From the IMG/VR virus record IMGVR_UViG_3300042341_001047: a stretch of 64,000 nucleotides of DNA; one strand, given 5' to 3'. Origin of the DNA: a virus. The translations under genes and the position numbers were made by a program. Every line of letters starts with the position of its first letter. Position 1 is the first letter of the stretch. Below are positions 37,604 through 46,855 of this stretch, in pieces. The notes beneath the pieces were generated by a model. The model was given only the letters and a program-made list of their open reading frames with translations, ran no database searches and was not told where the DNA came from.

Positions 37604-38131
37604 ATGAAAAAACTAGTTTATCTAAAGAAATTTAATGAAGCATCTGAAGAAGAATGTGACTTTGAAACATTTAAGGAAATAATGATGGATTTATCTGATT
37701 ATTTTCAATGTGAATTTCATGATTATACCAAAAATCTTGATAATGGCTTTCTAGAAAATGATTATTTTTATGATTGTGAATTAACTATACCTCAGATAAC
37801 CAATGATGATGTAGATGAAGAAGGAACATATCTAACAGCTAGATACCTAAATGATATATTACCACCAACAGATGACCCACAAGATGTCACTGAATTCTAT
37901 ACAGAATTACAAGACTCTGTTGACAATCAAATTGAAAATCTTCAAAAATTAAAGAATAACTTAGATGTTATTATGAGTAATAATAACAAAATTAAAAATA
38001 TATTCAAAATTTTAGAAGAAGAAATAGTTCCAAGATTTGAACACTTTTCAAACTTTGAATTATGTTCAGTTGGATTTGACGGAGATGTAATTAGAATTTC
38101 TTTTGATATGCCCGAACCCGAAGAGGATTAA
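37604..38131 (+). CDS. acidic protein with capsid-targeting-like N-terminus
   Basis: MKKLVYLKKFNEA. Confidence 0.6.
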   Translation: MKKLVYLKKFNEASEEECDFETFKEIMMDLSDYFQCEFHDYTKNLDNGFLENDYFYDCELTIPQITNDDVDEEGTYLTARYLNDILPPTDDPQDVTEFYTELQDSVDNQIENLQKLKNNLDVIMSNNNKIKNIFKILEEEIVPRFEHFSNFELCSVGFDGDVIRISFDMPEPEED

Positions 38132-38739
38132 ATAGGACAACTACTAGCAGTATAAATATACTTATAATCTCTTTTAATTTTAACCCCAAGACTTTCAGCG
38201 GTTGTAACTACATCTTCTAAACATTCAGAATCAGCACCACCAACAATTGTAACTTCTCTACCTTTTAACGATTTAAGTAGTTCATATAATTTCTTAGGAA
38301 CGTGAAACCAGACATGATTATTATTTATAAAAGTAATAATAGTTCCTTCTTTAGTATTGAAGATATCACCTTTTTTCAAAGTTTTCTCTTCTTCCATTTT
38401 ACTAACTTTGTTATAAACTTCTTTATCTAAAATCTTTTTATAAAAATCAGCATCTACATCATAGTTATATCTTTTTTCTATAAGGTCTTTCTGATTAGGG
38501 AAATGATAAAGGTCTTTATGAACTGGAATATCAGGTTTATCATCATATAAATAATCTTTATCCACATTTTTACCATCGACATGATTATCCCACAATTGAT
38601 AAACATTTTGAAAGTTTTTACAATACTTTTTCAATTCATTTAAGTACATCTCAGAAAAGAACTTTTTAAATGACTTCTGAACATCAACAATAATCAATGT
38701 ATCATCGTTATAACTCTCAAATGTTTTAATGAATTTCAT
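38128..38739 (-). CDS. isochorismatase-like cysteine hydrolase with capsid-targeting-like N-terminus
   Basis: LIIVDVQ, IEK, VGGADSECL; MKFIKTFES. Confidence 0.6.
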   Translation of the reverse strand: MKFIKTFESYNDDTLIIVDVQKSFKKFFSEMYLNELKKYCKNFQNVYQLWDNHVDGKNVDKDYLYDDKPDIPVHKDLYHFPNQKDLIEKRYNYDVDADFYKKILDKEVYNKVSKMEEEKTLKKGDIFNTKEGTIITFINNNHVWFHVPKKLYELLKSLKGREVTIVGGADSECLEDVVTTAESLGVKIKRDYKYIYTASSCPI

Positions 38740-38755
38740 ATACTATATATTAAAT

Positions 38756-38785
38756 AAAAAACCCATCAATTTCTTGATGGGTTTT
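38756..38785 (-). terminator. intrinsic terminator
   Basis: AAAACCCATCAA-TTTC-TTGATGGGTTTT. Confidence 0.7.
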
Positions 38786-38806
38786 AATTCTTTGAATATT
38801 TATAGA

Positions 38807-39484
38807 TTAAAGAGGTAATTCTTCTTCACCTTCTTCAGTTTCTTCTTCCTCTTCTTCCTCTTCTTCACCTTGAGCTGGTTGAGCTTGTGCTTGTCCTTGA
38901 ACTGGTTGTGCTTGACCTTGTGCTTGTGCTTGACCTTGTGCTTGACCTTGTGCTTGACCTTGTGCTTGACCTTGACCTTGACCTTGTGCTGGTTCTTCAA
39001 ATTCACCTTGAGTTTGTCCTTGAGCTGGTTGAGCTTGTCCTTGAGCTGGTTGAGCTTGTGCTTGACCTTCTGGTTGAGCCTGTGGCTGAGCCTGTGGTTG
39101 AGCCTGTGGCTGAGCTTGTGGTTGAGCTTGTGGTTGAGTTTGAGCCTCACCTTCAGTTTGTACTTGTGGTTGTGCTTGACCTTGAGTTTGTCCTTGTGCT
39201 TGACCACCCATTAATGCTCCACCTGGAATTTTTTCAACATCTAAGTTGTTCATATTGATATACTTAACGATTTCTTCAGCGATGTCAACATCACCAAAAA
39301 ATTGACGAAGGTTTTTACCAGTAGTATCTTTTACTTTCTTCACATAAGCATTAATTAATGACTGAGGAATATCAATCATAGTCTTAACTTTATAAATATC
39401 GTTTACTTGAAAAACAGACTCTTTAATAATTTCTTCTCTGTTCTTTTTAATACGATAGGTTTCAAATGTTCTAATATGCTTCAT
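38807..39484 (-). CDS. Gln/Ala/Pro/Gly-rich protein with capsid-targeting-like N-terminus
   Basis: MKHIRTFETY; QAQP and QGQA repeats; poly-Glu end. Confidence 0.7.
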   Translation of the reverse strand: MKHIRTFETYRIKKNREEIIKESVFQVNDIYKVKTMIDIPQSLINAYVKKVKDTTGKNLRQFFGDVDIAEEIVKYINMNNLDVEKIPGGALMGGQAQGQTQGQAQPQVQTEGEAQTQPQAQPQAQPQAQPQAQPQAQPEGQAQAQPAQGQAQPAQGQTQGEFEEPAQGQGQGQAQGQAQGQAQGQAQAQGQAQPVQGQAQAQPAQGEEEEEEEEETEEGEEELPL

Positions 39485-39542
39485 TTTATTTGAATATTTT
39501 TTATAGATTATATATTAAGTCTAAAAACTCATTTTTTATCAT

Positions 39543-40052
39543 TTAATGAATAAGTAAAGATAATACTAAGCCTATTATAGCCACTCCACCGATACCACCA
39601 CCAATAATCATTTTTACTTTTTGTTTGTGAATTTTATCTAAGTGTAATTTTATTTCTTTATCCTTATTCTCTATTTCTTTAATATATGTAAGTTCTTTAT
39701 TCTTATAATCAATAATTTGACTTTGTAGGTTTGATATTTCCTTGTCTTTAACTACTATTAAAGACTTTTGATTATTTAATTGAACCTCTTGACTAGCAAT
39801 CACCATATCTTTTTCATTAATAACTTTAATACAAGCGGAATCAACTGATCCTATTTGAACATTAAGTTTTTCAAAAAGTGGAATTAAATCTGTTTTATTA
39901 TCAAGTGCTTGTGCTTGTTCAATTGTCATCACAATAACTTTTTGACCCAATGAGTCAGTCTCAAATCTCGGATATTCTATTACTTGAGCCGAAACACTCA
40001 TTGTTAAAAATAAAAAAGATACACAAATAATATATTTAATTAAATTTTTCAT
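39543..40052 (-). CDS. exported coiled-coil protein with C-terminal TM segment (possible spanin/lysis component)
   Basis: Signal peptide ending VSA-Q, heptads, C-terminal hydrophobic helix. Confidence 0.45.
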   Translation of the reverse strand: MKNLIKYIICVSFLFLTMSVSAQVIEYPRFETDSLGQKVIVMTIEQAQALDNKTDLIPLFEKLNVQIGSVDSACIKVINEKDMVIASQEVQLNNQKSLIVVKDKEISNLQSQIIDYKNKELTYIKEIENKDKEIKLHLDKIHKQKVKMIIGGGIGGVAIIGLVLSLLIH

Positions 40053-40465
40053 TTTATTGTTTTAATTTTTAGAGAATTAATTAAATCCTGATCAGTTCTA
40101 TTAGGAGGATTATTTTTTAATTCTTGAATTTTCTTTCTTGTTTCTTCCATCTCCTTTAATAACTTATTAAGTTGTTCTTTAGAAGCATTAGCTTTAGTTT
40201 TAAATTTCTGTATTTCTAATTCTTGATCAGAAATTTTAATTTTTAATAGAGAATCTTGTTTTCTCAACTCATTAAAACTAATATTAAGAGAGTTTAAGTG
40301 TAATTGAATCGAATCTCTCTTTTCATGAAGTTCTTTGTTCTCTTGTTTTAATTTTTTTAAGTCATCTTTATAGTTATCACTTCCTCTGAAATACCACATA
40401 TAGAAAAATATAAGTGAGAATCCAAGTAATACCAAAATCAGTATAGATTTAATATCCAGTTTCAT
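40049..40465 (-). CDS. N-terminal TM coiled-coil protein (i-spanin-like)
   Basis: N-terminal TM helix then long coiled coil; overlaps the next gene. Confidence 0.45.
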   Translation of the reverse strand: MKLDIKSILILVLLGFSLIFFYMWYFRGSDNYKDDLKKLKQENKELHEKRDSIQLHLNSLNISFNELRKQDSLLKIKISDQELEIQKFKTKANASKEQLNKLLKEMEETRKKIQELKNNPPNRTDQDLINSLKIKTIK

Positions 40466-40543
40466 AAAAACTTTTTAATTTTAATGATATATATAAAATA
40501 ATAAATGTTTCGTGATAAATTATTATCTTTTTAATATTTTCAC

Positions 40544-40551
40544 TATATTTG
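40544..40551 (+). promoter_or_regulatory. Bacteroidota-type -7 promoter element (TATATTTG)
   Basis: Upstream of the HAD-clpS pair. Confidence 0.55.
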
Positions 40552-40577
40552 CATTCGATAAAATTTATAAATAGTAA

Positions 40578-41105
40578 ATGAAGTATAAAAGATTAATATC
40601 ATTCGATTTTGATGACACCTTATGTCACACGCCAAAACCCGAAGAAGGTGAAAAAATTTGGAAAGAAAAAACCGGAACAGATTGGCCATACAATGGTTGG
40701 TGGGGTAGACCAGAAAGTATTGATCCAGAAATATTTTATGTACCATTAAATCAATGGGTATATGCTAAGTATTTAGAAGCAGTGGCTGATCCAGATAACT
40801 ATGTTATTTTAGCAACTGGTCGTCTTAAAAAGAAGGAAGGAATGCTTGCTAATGTTATGAGTATTCTAAATCAACACAATTTATCATTTGATGAAATCCA
40901 CTTAAACTGGGGAGGTGACACATATAACTTTAAAACTAAACTATTTGAAGAAAAAATAGAAGAACTTGGTGTTAAAGAGTTTGTTATGTATGATGATAGA
41001 CACGAACACTTAGTTAAATTTGAAGAATGGGCATCTGAACATCATGTTGATGTAACAATAGTAGACGTTATTAAAAAAGAAGAGACTAAATATAAAAATA
41101 TATAA
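40578..41105 (+). CDS. HAD-superfamily phosphatase (RNA-repair-like)
   Basis: FDFDDTL, LATGR, K, YDDR. Confidence 0.75.
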   Translation: MKYKRLISFDFDDTLCHTPKPEEGEKIWKEKTGTDWPYNGWWGRPESIDPEIFYVPLNQWVYAKYLEAVADPDNYVILATGRLKKKEGMLANVMSILNQHNLSFDEIHLNWGGDTYNFKTKLFEEKIEELGVKEFVMYDDRHEHLVKFEEWASEHHVDVTIVDVIKKEETKYKNI

Positions 41106-41108
41106 TTT

Positions 41109-41393
41109 ATGGCAACAATTACAAAGAAGAAAACAAAATCGAAAGTACAAGAAATTTTAGCAAAACCTTATAAGCTAATTCTTCACAATGATGATCACAA
41201 TACATTTGATTGGGTTATTACTTGTTTAATGAAAGTTTGTAACCACGAGTTAGAACAAGCTAATCAATGTGCTCATATAATTCACTATAGAGGAAAGTGT
41301 GATGTTAAATACGGAGATTTAGAAACAATCTCAACAATGAAAGATAAACTAAGAGGTGCTGGTCTTTCAGCAACTATGGAGTCTAATGATTAA
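41109..41393 (+). CDS. clpS: ATP-dependent Clp protease adaptor ClpS
   Basis: LILHNDDHNTFDWVI..L..VC.H...QA.QC..IIH..GKC.VK.G. Confidence 0.88.
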   Translation: MATITKKKTKSKVQEILAKPYKLILHNDDHNTFDWVITCLMKVCNHELEQANQCAHIIHYRGKCDVKYGDLETISTMKDKLRGAGLSATMESND

Positions 41394-43519
41394 CTATTAA
41401 ACCAGTTTTTCCCCTGACTACCTTTATATCTATTCATTTGTTGCTTTCTTATTTTCAGGACTTGTCCATAATCAACTCCGTCAACATAGTCCATATTTTT
41501 AAGACTTTCTTGAACATAGTTTGTAAATTCTTTATCAACAAATTTACTAGACCAATCCTCTACCATTTCAGAAAATTCATGTCTACTAAATATAGTAGTA
41601 GCATTAACTATAGTCATAACACTATCATCATTCCCAACATCAGCCGCATATCTAGTATTACCGGCTGTTGTTGTGTGCTTGACAAAAGTTGTTATTTCTC
41701 TGATATTATCTTCATTGTTTATAACAAATGATTTACTTTGCATTAGGTCTTGATAATCTTTAACCATAAGATTTTTATTCTCACCTACCTTTAAACCCAT
41801 TTTTTCTTCAGTTGCGTCAGCTCTATGTTTATATCTAACAAAAACCGAAGAACCATAGTTATTATTACCATCAAAAACATGTGGTAACTCAGCAAATAAA
41901 GTATTACCATAGTTATTTAACTCAACTACTACTTTAATATTTTCTGGATTTAAGTATTCAAAGACGATCATATAAAGTAACTCAGCTAATTGTTTAACTG
42001 AAATAAAATTATTTCTGAAAATACCAATTTGTTCTAGTCTAAAGAAATCAACAATAGATTTATAAGACGCTTTTTGAGATTCTATGAGATCTTTCGGTTT
42101 CTCAGAAACTCTAAAAATGTTTATTATAGAGTAATCTTGACCTAAACCTTCAGATATATCAACTGAAATGACTATTTTATAATCTTTTCTTTTAAGTGGT
42201 ATGAATATATCATCATCATCAACCCACTTTAAGTCGTTATAACTAAATTTAAGTTTTCTATCAAACTCTTGTATTTCTTCAAATACATAGTTCTTTTTAT
42301 TTCTCAACAAATCATCAATAATAGCCTCATTAAGTAATGATTTAGAAGCATTAATAAATCTTAGTCCATATTCTTGATTGAAGGCATCTTCACCACCGAT
42401 ATCCTTTATAGCCTCTTCTTTCCAAGTTGTCATTTCAGATATAGCTAAAATAGGAACTTCAAATCCATTCTTATCAATAAAAGTTGTTTTCTTAACTTCT
42501 TCATCTGTACATTTATCATTATTATAAACATAGATAACATCTTTCATATTATCAGTGATATACTTCATCTCAAGTTTTGTATGTTGAGACCATCTATCCT
42601 GCACTACTTGAAATATCTCTTCTTTAGTAACACCATACTCATACATTTTATGAGCGTTTAATCTAATATAAGTTATAAATCGACCCGGAACTTGATACCA
42701 ATAAACCCTCATCGCTTTATAGTTATTCTTTAGTGGATCTCCATCTGGTCGTTCAGCATCAATTAGTAATCTATGGAATAAATTCATACCATTTGGAGTT
42801 GATGTAATAATAATCTTTGAATTTTGAACGGCTGATACGGTTGGGAAAGCAGCAGTATAGTAAGGTTCAATAATATTTGAAGGAATATGAGCAAACTCAT
42901 CTAAGTAAAGTACGTCAATCGTAAAACCAATAGCCGGAGTCTTTGTTCTAGCAGATGTTTTAATTCTACATCCATTTTCAAATGTTAATGACTTCTGATT
43001 CCAAGTTTTAATACCGGGTTTTAAGAAGAAAGGTAATAAAGAGTAGATAGATTTAATCTTATCAACAATTTCAACAGCGGTATCACCTTTGTTGGCAACA
43101 ATCATTATGTTCTTATCATTATTAAATAGAATAGTATGTAACATAAAAATAGAAGATGAGATAGTCTTACCTACCTGACGAGATGCCATTAAAATACTAA
43201 ATCTATTATTAACAAAGTTGTCAAGCATTTCTTTCTGATAATCTCTTAGTAGAATATTATCAATAGATCCATCTTCTGTTTTAACCTTACAATATTTTTC
43301 GGTAAAGTAGTGAACATCTAAAGCACATCTAACATACTCCTGTTGTTCGTCAGGTGTCATCTTAAATGAGGCACCCGCTCTTCGAAGACCAACCTCACTT
43401 TTTAACCAAGGGTTTTGGTATCTTTTAACGACTACTCCATCGTTTATTTTATCTGTTGCTTCATCTACTAATTTAGTAGTGAAAATCATCTGTCTTTCTT
43501 GTTGTTTAGCTACTGCCAT
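41390..43519 (-). CDS. terminase large subunit (gp17-like)
   Basis: LRDYQ, ASRQVGKT, LYLDEFAH, ITSTPNG, SVDISEGLGQDYS, NDDSVM. Confidence 0.92.
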   Translation of the reverse strand: MAVAKQQERQMIFTTKLVDEATDKINDGVVVKRYQNPWLKSEVGLRRAGASFKMTPDEQQEYVRCALDVHYFTEKYCKVKTEDGSIDNILLRDYQKEMLDNFVNNRFSILMASRQVGKTISSSIFMLHTILFNNDKNIMIVANKGDTAVEIVDKIKSIYSLLPFFLKPGIKTWNQKSLTFENGCRIKTSARTKTPAIGFTIDVLYLDEFAHIPSNIIEPYYTAAFPTVSAVQNSKIIITSTPNGMNLFHRLLIDAERPDGDPLKNNYKAMRVYWYQVPGRFITYIRLNAHKMYEYGVTKEEIFQVVQDRWSQHTKLEMKYITDNMKDVIYVYNNDKCTDEEVKKTTFIDKNGFEVPILAISEMTTWKEEAIKDIGGEDAFNQEYGLRFINASKSLLNEAIIDDLLRNKKNYVFEEIQEFDRKLKFSYNDLKWVDDDDIFIPLKRKDYKIVISVDISEGLGQDYSIINIFRVSEKPKDLIESQKASYKSIVDFFRLEQIGIFRNNFISVKQLAELLYMIVFEYLNPENIKVVVELNNYGNTLFAELPHVFDGNNNYGSSVFVRYKHRADATEEKMGLKVGENKNLMVKDYQDLMQSKSFVINNEDNIREITTFVKHTTTAGNTRYAADVGNDDSVMTIVNATTIFSRHEFSEMVEDWSSKFVDKEFTNYVQESLKNMDYVDGVDYGQVLKIRKQQMNRYKGSQGKNWFNS

Positions 43520-43569
43520 AATTTTAGGAACAATATCTTTTTAATATATATTGTAAAAAACCACCTTCT

Positions 43570-44205
43570 ATGTCAAAAGCAGAAAATGAAAGAAATAGAA
43601 TAAAGGATGAATTTGATGAAATTCAGTCCGAAAGCGGAGAATTTGATATCAGCAAACACTTAGCAAGACCTGAAGATTTACCAGATTTAGGAGCAATTGA
43701 GATGTATGATTATGACTCAGATATGACCGTTGCTTCACAACAATCAATGGAAGTATTAGAATCACTTGTAGATTTATATCTAAGTGACGTACCACAATTA
43801 AAAGAACACCCATATATAAAAAATAAGCTGAGAGATGATGCTTTAGTTTATGCTGAAACAATCTTCTTATCAAAAATGACTAGAAAGAACTTCTTATCAC
43901 AATTGAGACAAGTAGATAATGGTGACAATTCAGCAAGAATGCACGAGGTTGTCAACCAAACAATTGGCCAAATTAGAGAAAACTCTAAATTCTCATCTAC
44001 TCAAAGAACTGAATTGGAGAAATTTTATAAAGGACTAAGAAAAGATTTAGGTTTGAACGAAATCGAAAGTCCAGATGTTCAAAAAGCAATTGATGACTTC
44101 TCAGGAGAAATGCCAGAGTCAGATACAGGTGCTATCATGGATAACAGAAAGTTGAATGATTTGATTAAAAATGCGATGATAGGGAAAGATAAAGATTCTA
44201 AGTAA
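43570..44205 (+). CDS. helical hypothetical protein, possible small terminase
   Basis: Divergent from terL; SARMHEV resembles small-terminase motifs. Confidence 0.35.
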   Translation: MSKAENERNRIKDEFDEIQSESGEFDISKHLARPEDLPDLGAIEMYDYDSDMTVASQQSMEVLESLVDLYLSDVPQLKEHPYIKNKLRDDALVYAETIFLSKMTRKNFLSQLRQVDNGDNSARMHEVVNQTIGQIRENSKFSSTQRTELEKFYKGLRKDLGLNEIESPDVQKAIDDFSGEMPESDTGAIMDNRKLNDLIKNAMIGKDKDSK

Positions 44206-44206
44206 A

Positions 44207-45052
44207 TTATCTATACTTAAAACTTTCAAAAGCCTTAATCAAGTTACTAAATTCAATTTTTACCTTTGTTGTAACGAATCGGTTAACTCTATTACCAGTA
44301 ACAAGGTTAACAAAAAGTAATCTTTCTTCTTGTTTTAATTCACTTTTAATTCTATCCTTTAAATTAGAATCGGTATTAGAAAGTAAAACGGTTAAGAGTT
44401 TATTTGAATCGATTGCTAATTTTATAGCATTTTCTTCATCATCATAAAAATACAATTCAGTATATTTCTGTAACTCTTCTTCAGTGAATTTATCACCTTC
44501 TGTTTTCAATCCTATAATGTGTTGTAGTAATAGTCTAGCTTTTTTATAAGATATATCATCACTATTTCTATTATAGAATGTCTCAGAGATGAAATAATAC
44601 TTTTTAATTTTTAATCCATTTTCTTTTAATTTCTCTTCTATTTTAGAAATCATTACTTCATAGTTTCTTTTATTATTTCTAGAACATATAAAGTAAATAT
44701 CATCATCTGTATTTTTAAGATGTAGTATATTATCTAAATTTAGTGTATATTCTAAATTCTCCATTAACTCTTTATTCATAAATTCCTGCATAGAGAATAT
44801 TAGATTAGAAAAATTAGCTTGATGATTTTTAGATTTAACTTTTATCTTATTCATAAAATCCGAAGAAACCCAATAGTCGGTTCCTCCAAACTTCATAGAG
44901 CTTTCTTGACCTTTATAAATACCTTTTTTTATTAAATTAAACTCGGATTGAGATATTTTTAATATAGGTATACTAGGCACAGCTTTATCCACAACCCAAA
45001 CCATACTATTAGTATTTAATATAACATCGATGTCAAAAAAGTGAGCTTTCAT
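44207..45052 (-). CDS. HAD-like hypothetical protein
   Basis: HFFDID, ICSR, FYDDE; C-terminal LIKAFESF. Confidence 0.5.
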   Translation of the reverse strand: MKAHFFDIDVILNTNSMVWVVDKAVPSIPILKISQSEFNLIKKGIYKGQESSMKFGGTDYWVSSDFMNKIKVKSKNHQANFSNLIFSMQEFMNKELMENLEYTLNLDNILHLKNTDDDIYFICSRNNKRNYEVMISKIEEKLKENGLKIKKYYFISETFYNRNSDDISYKKARLLLQHIIGLKTEGDKFTEEELQKYTELYFYDDEENAIKLAIDSNKLLTVLLSNTDSNLKDRIKSELKQEERLLFVNLVTGNRVNRFVTTKVKIEFSNLIKAFESFKYR

Positions 45053-45327
45053 TATTTAAAATTTGTTACTTTATATCTTACCTGATGAGGCATACCATCA
45101 AATCTACTTCCTTCATATTCTTTATCTTTCCATTCAATTCCACCACTAAGTTCAGAATCAAAGCTTTTACATTTATAACAATATAAAGGAGCCATCATTT
45201 CAATATCATCCATTGGTTCATTTTTTGTTATTTTAACATCTGGATTCACAGGTACCATATCTTCTTTTCTATAAACAAAAGTCGCTTTACACCAGGCATT
45301 TCGACAAATAGATTTTAATTGTTCCAT
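45052..45327 (-). CDS. small zinc-ribbon protein
   Basis: CRNAWC ... CYKC. Confidence 0.55.
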   Translation of the reverse strand: MEQLKSICRNAWCKATFVYRKEDMVPVNPDVKITKNEPMDDIEMMAPLYCYKCKSFDSELSGGIEWKDKEYEGSRFDGMPHQVRYKVTNFK

Positions 45328-45340
45328 GTAATTATATATT

Positions 45341-45372
45341 AAAAAAAAATCCCATCATTTAGATGGGATTTT
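45341..45372 (-). terminator. intrinsic terminator
   Basis: AAAATCCCATC-ATTTA-GATGGGATTTT. Confidence 0.65.
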
Positions 45373-45394
45373 AATTAACATATATATTTTTTAT

Positions 45395-45850
45395 TTATTT
45401 TACCATATCTCTACTAATTGCAAAGTTGTATAAAATTGGTAGATTAAGATACTTTACAAATCCGTCTCTTACATCTGCTAGTTTTTTTGATTTTTTAATG
45501 ATATTTATTATTAGAAATCCAAATTCTTCTTGAAATTCTAAATAACTATCACACCATGGTTTATTATAGTGGTTTAGTGTTCTCCACTCTGCATAACCAC
45601 CTGTTAACCAAAATAAGGCCTTCTCAGGTGTTATATCTTCATAAATTATTTTATCTATCTCGGTATTCCAAATCGGGTCATTCCATTCTAATTTTCTCAT
45701 AAGAATTGATACACCTTCTGCAATGTCAGAAGTTGACTCTTTTCCTATTTCAAAAAAATAATCACCTGATTCTTTTTTAACTCTGATTACATTTTGATTC
45801 AAAATTTCCTTAGCTCTTTCTTCTTCAAGAACAATTCTTTTTCTCTTCAT
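45395..45850 (-). CDS. hypothetical protein
   Basis: 151-aa ORF. Confidence 0.55.
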   Translation of the reverse strand: MKRKRIVLEEERAKEILNQNVIRVKKESGDYFFEIGKESTSDIAEGVSILMRKLEWNDPIWNTEIDKIIYEDITPEKALFWLTGGYAEWRTLNHYNKPWCDSYLEFQEEFGFLIINIIKKSKKLADVRDGFVKYLNLPILYNFAISRDMVK

Positions 45851-45859
45851 AATAATTTG

Positions 45860-46162
45860 TTATTTTTTTATATCTTGAGTTAAATTAACACCACTATGCC
45901 ATTTTCCCCCAAAATTACCACTCTCCCATATCCCGTTTTCCCAATTTCCATAAAAGTCACCATTTTTAAAAATACCATAGTGCCAGTCTCCAGTAAAGAA
46001 ACTACCACCATTCCAAATAAGTGTACCTTTTTCTATCTCAATTTGAGCATTCTCGATTTCCGAGTCGATTAACCAATAAAAATTCTCACTTAAAAGAATA
46101 TCATCGATTTCTACCTCTGTGGTATAAGTCTTATTACGATATTTTAGCTCTATGTATCTCAT
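45860..46162 (-). CDS. protein with G-x-(W/F) short repeats
   Basis: WNGGSFFTGDWHYGIFKNGDFYGNWENGIWESGNFGGKW. Confidence 0.6.
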   Translation of the reverse strand: MRYIELKYRNKTYTTEVEIDDILLSENFYWLIDSEIENAQIEIEKGTLIWNGGSFFTGDWHYGIFKNGDFYGNWENGIWESGNFGGKWHSGVNLTQDIKK

Positions 46163-46272
46163 ACAAAAAATTTAATTGTATAATATATATATTCAATTTT
46201 TGAACAGTTAAATAATTGACCTTGATTTTTTATCAAAAAATGGTGGTGCTTAAAAAAAATATATTTTAAAAT

Positions 46273-46301
46273 AAAAAAACCGGAATTATTCCCGGTTTTT
46301 T
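46273..46301 (-). terminator. intrinsic terminator
   Basis: AAAAAACCGG...CCGGTTTTTT. Confidence 0.65.
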
Positions 46302-46326
46302 AAGATTTGTATAAAAATAGGTATTT

Positions 46327-46674
46327 TTATTGACCATCAAGAAAACTTTTTTCGTTTTCAGTTATGGATGTGATACCATATTTAGCAATTTTATCAAGTA
46401 TTGAATCTACATCCATTACAACTTCTTTTTTAGCCAATGTGATTGTTTCCATTTTTGACAAGAAATCCATGTATTCGTCAGAGTAAATCATTTTTGTGAT
46501 CTTCTTAGTAGTAAAAGCCACTAATATACCAGAACTCAAGTCGATCCAGATTTTAACAGAGTCAGCTTTTTTATGTTTGTCTAAGAAATCATAATTAAGT
46601 TTGTATACAGAAGCAAGTTCTTGAAGTTTGCTTTGATTGTATTTTGTTAAGTCGATACAGATTATATTTTTCAT
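46327..46674 (-). CDS. early protein with DUF6576-like C-terminus
   Basis: VDSILDKIAKYGITSITENEKSFL; TTTG-N20-TATATTTG promoter upstream. Confidence 0.6.
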   Translation of the reverse strand: MKNIICIDLTKYNQSKLQELASVYKLNYDFLDKHKKADSVKIWIDLSSGILVAFTTKKITKMIYSDEYMDFLSKMETITLAKKEVVMDVDSILDKIAKYGITSITENEKSFLDGQ

Positions 46675-46693
46675 AGTGGATTTATTATTTATA

Positions 46694-46725
46694 CAAATAT
46701 AACAATAATTTCAATTCAAATCAAA
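46694..46725 (-). promoter_or_regulatory. Bacteroidota primary-sigma promoter (-33 TTTG / -7 TATATTTG)
   Basis: Both elements present with 20-nt spacing. Confidence 0.65.
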
Positions 46726-46855
46726 TATTATGATATATATTTTTTATTATTTTCAATAAATATTATCAATGTCTCAAATATACGGACTTATTATGAATAA
46801 TGAAAAATAGAGTTAAATCTTTTAATATATACTTTTGAAAAAAATACATATTTAT

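Noticed and set aside
38800-39258. ORFs 38800-, 38870+ and 38887+
   Set aside because: Alternative-frame or antisense shadows of the Gln-rich repeat gene.
42425-42680. Intein in the terminase
   Set aside because: No N-terminal Cys/Ser, no C-terminal His-Asn, and too short.
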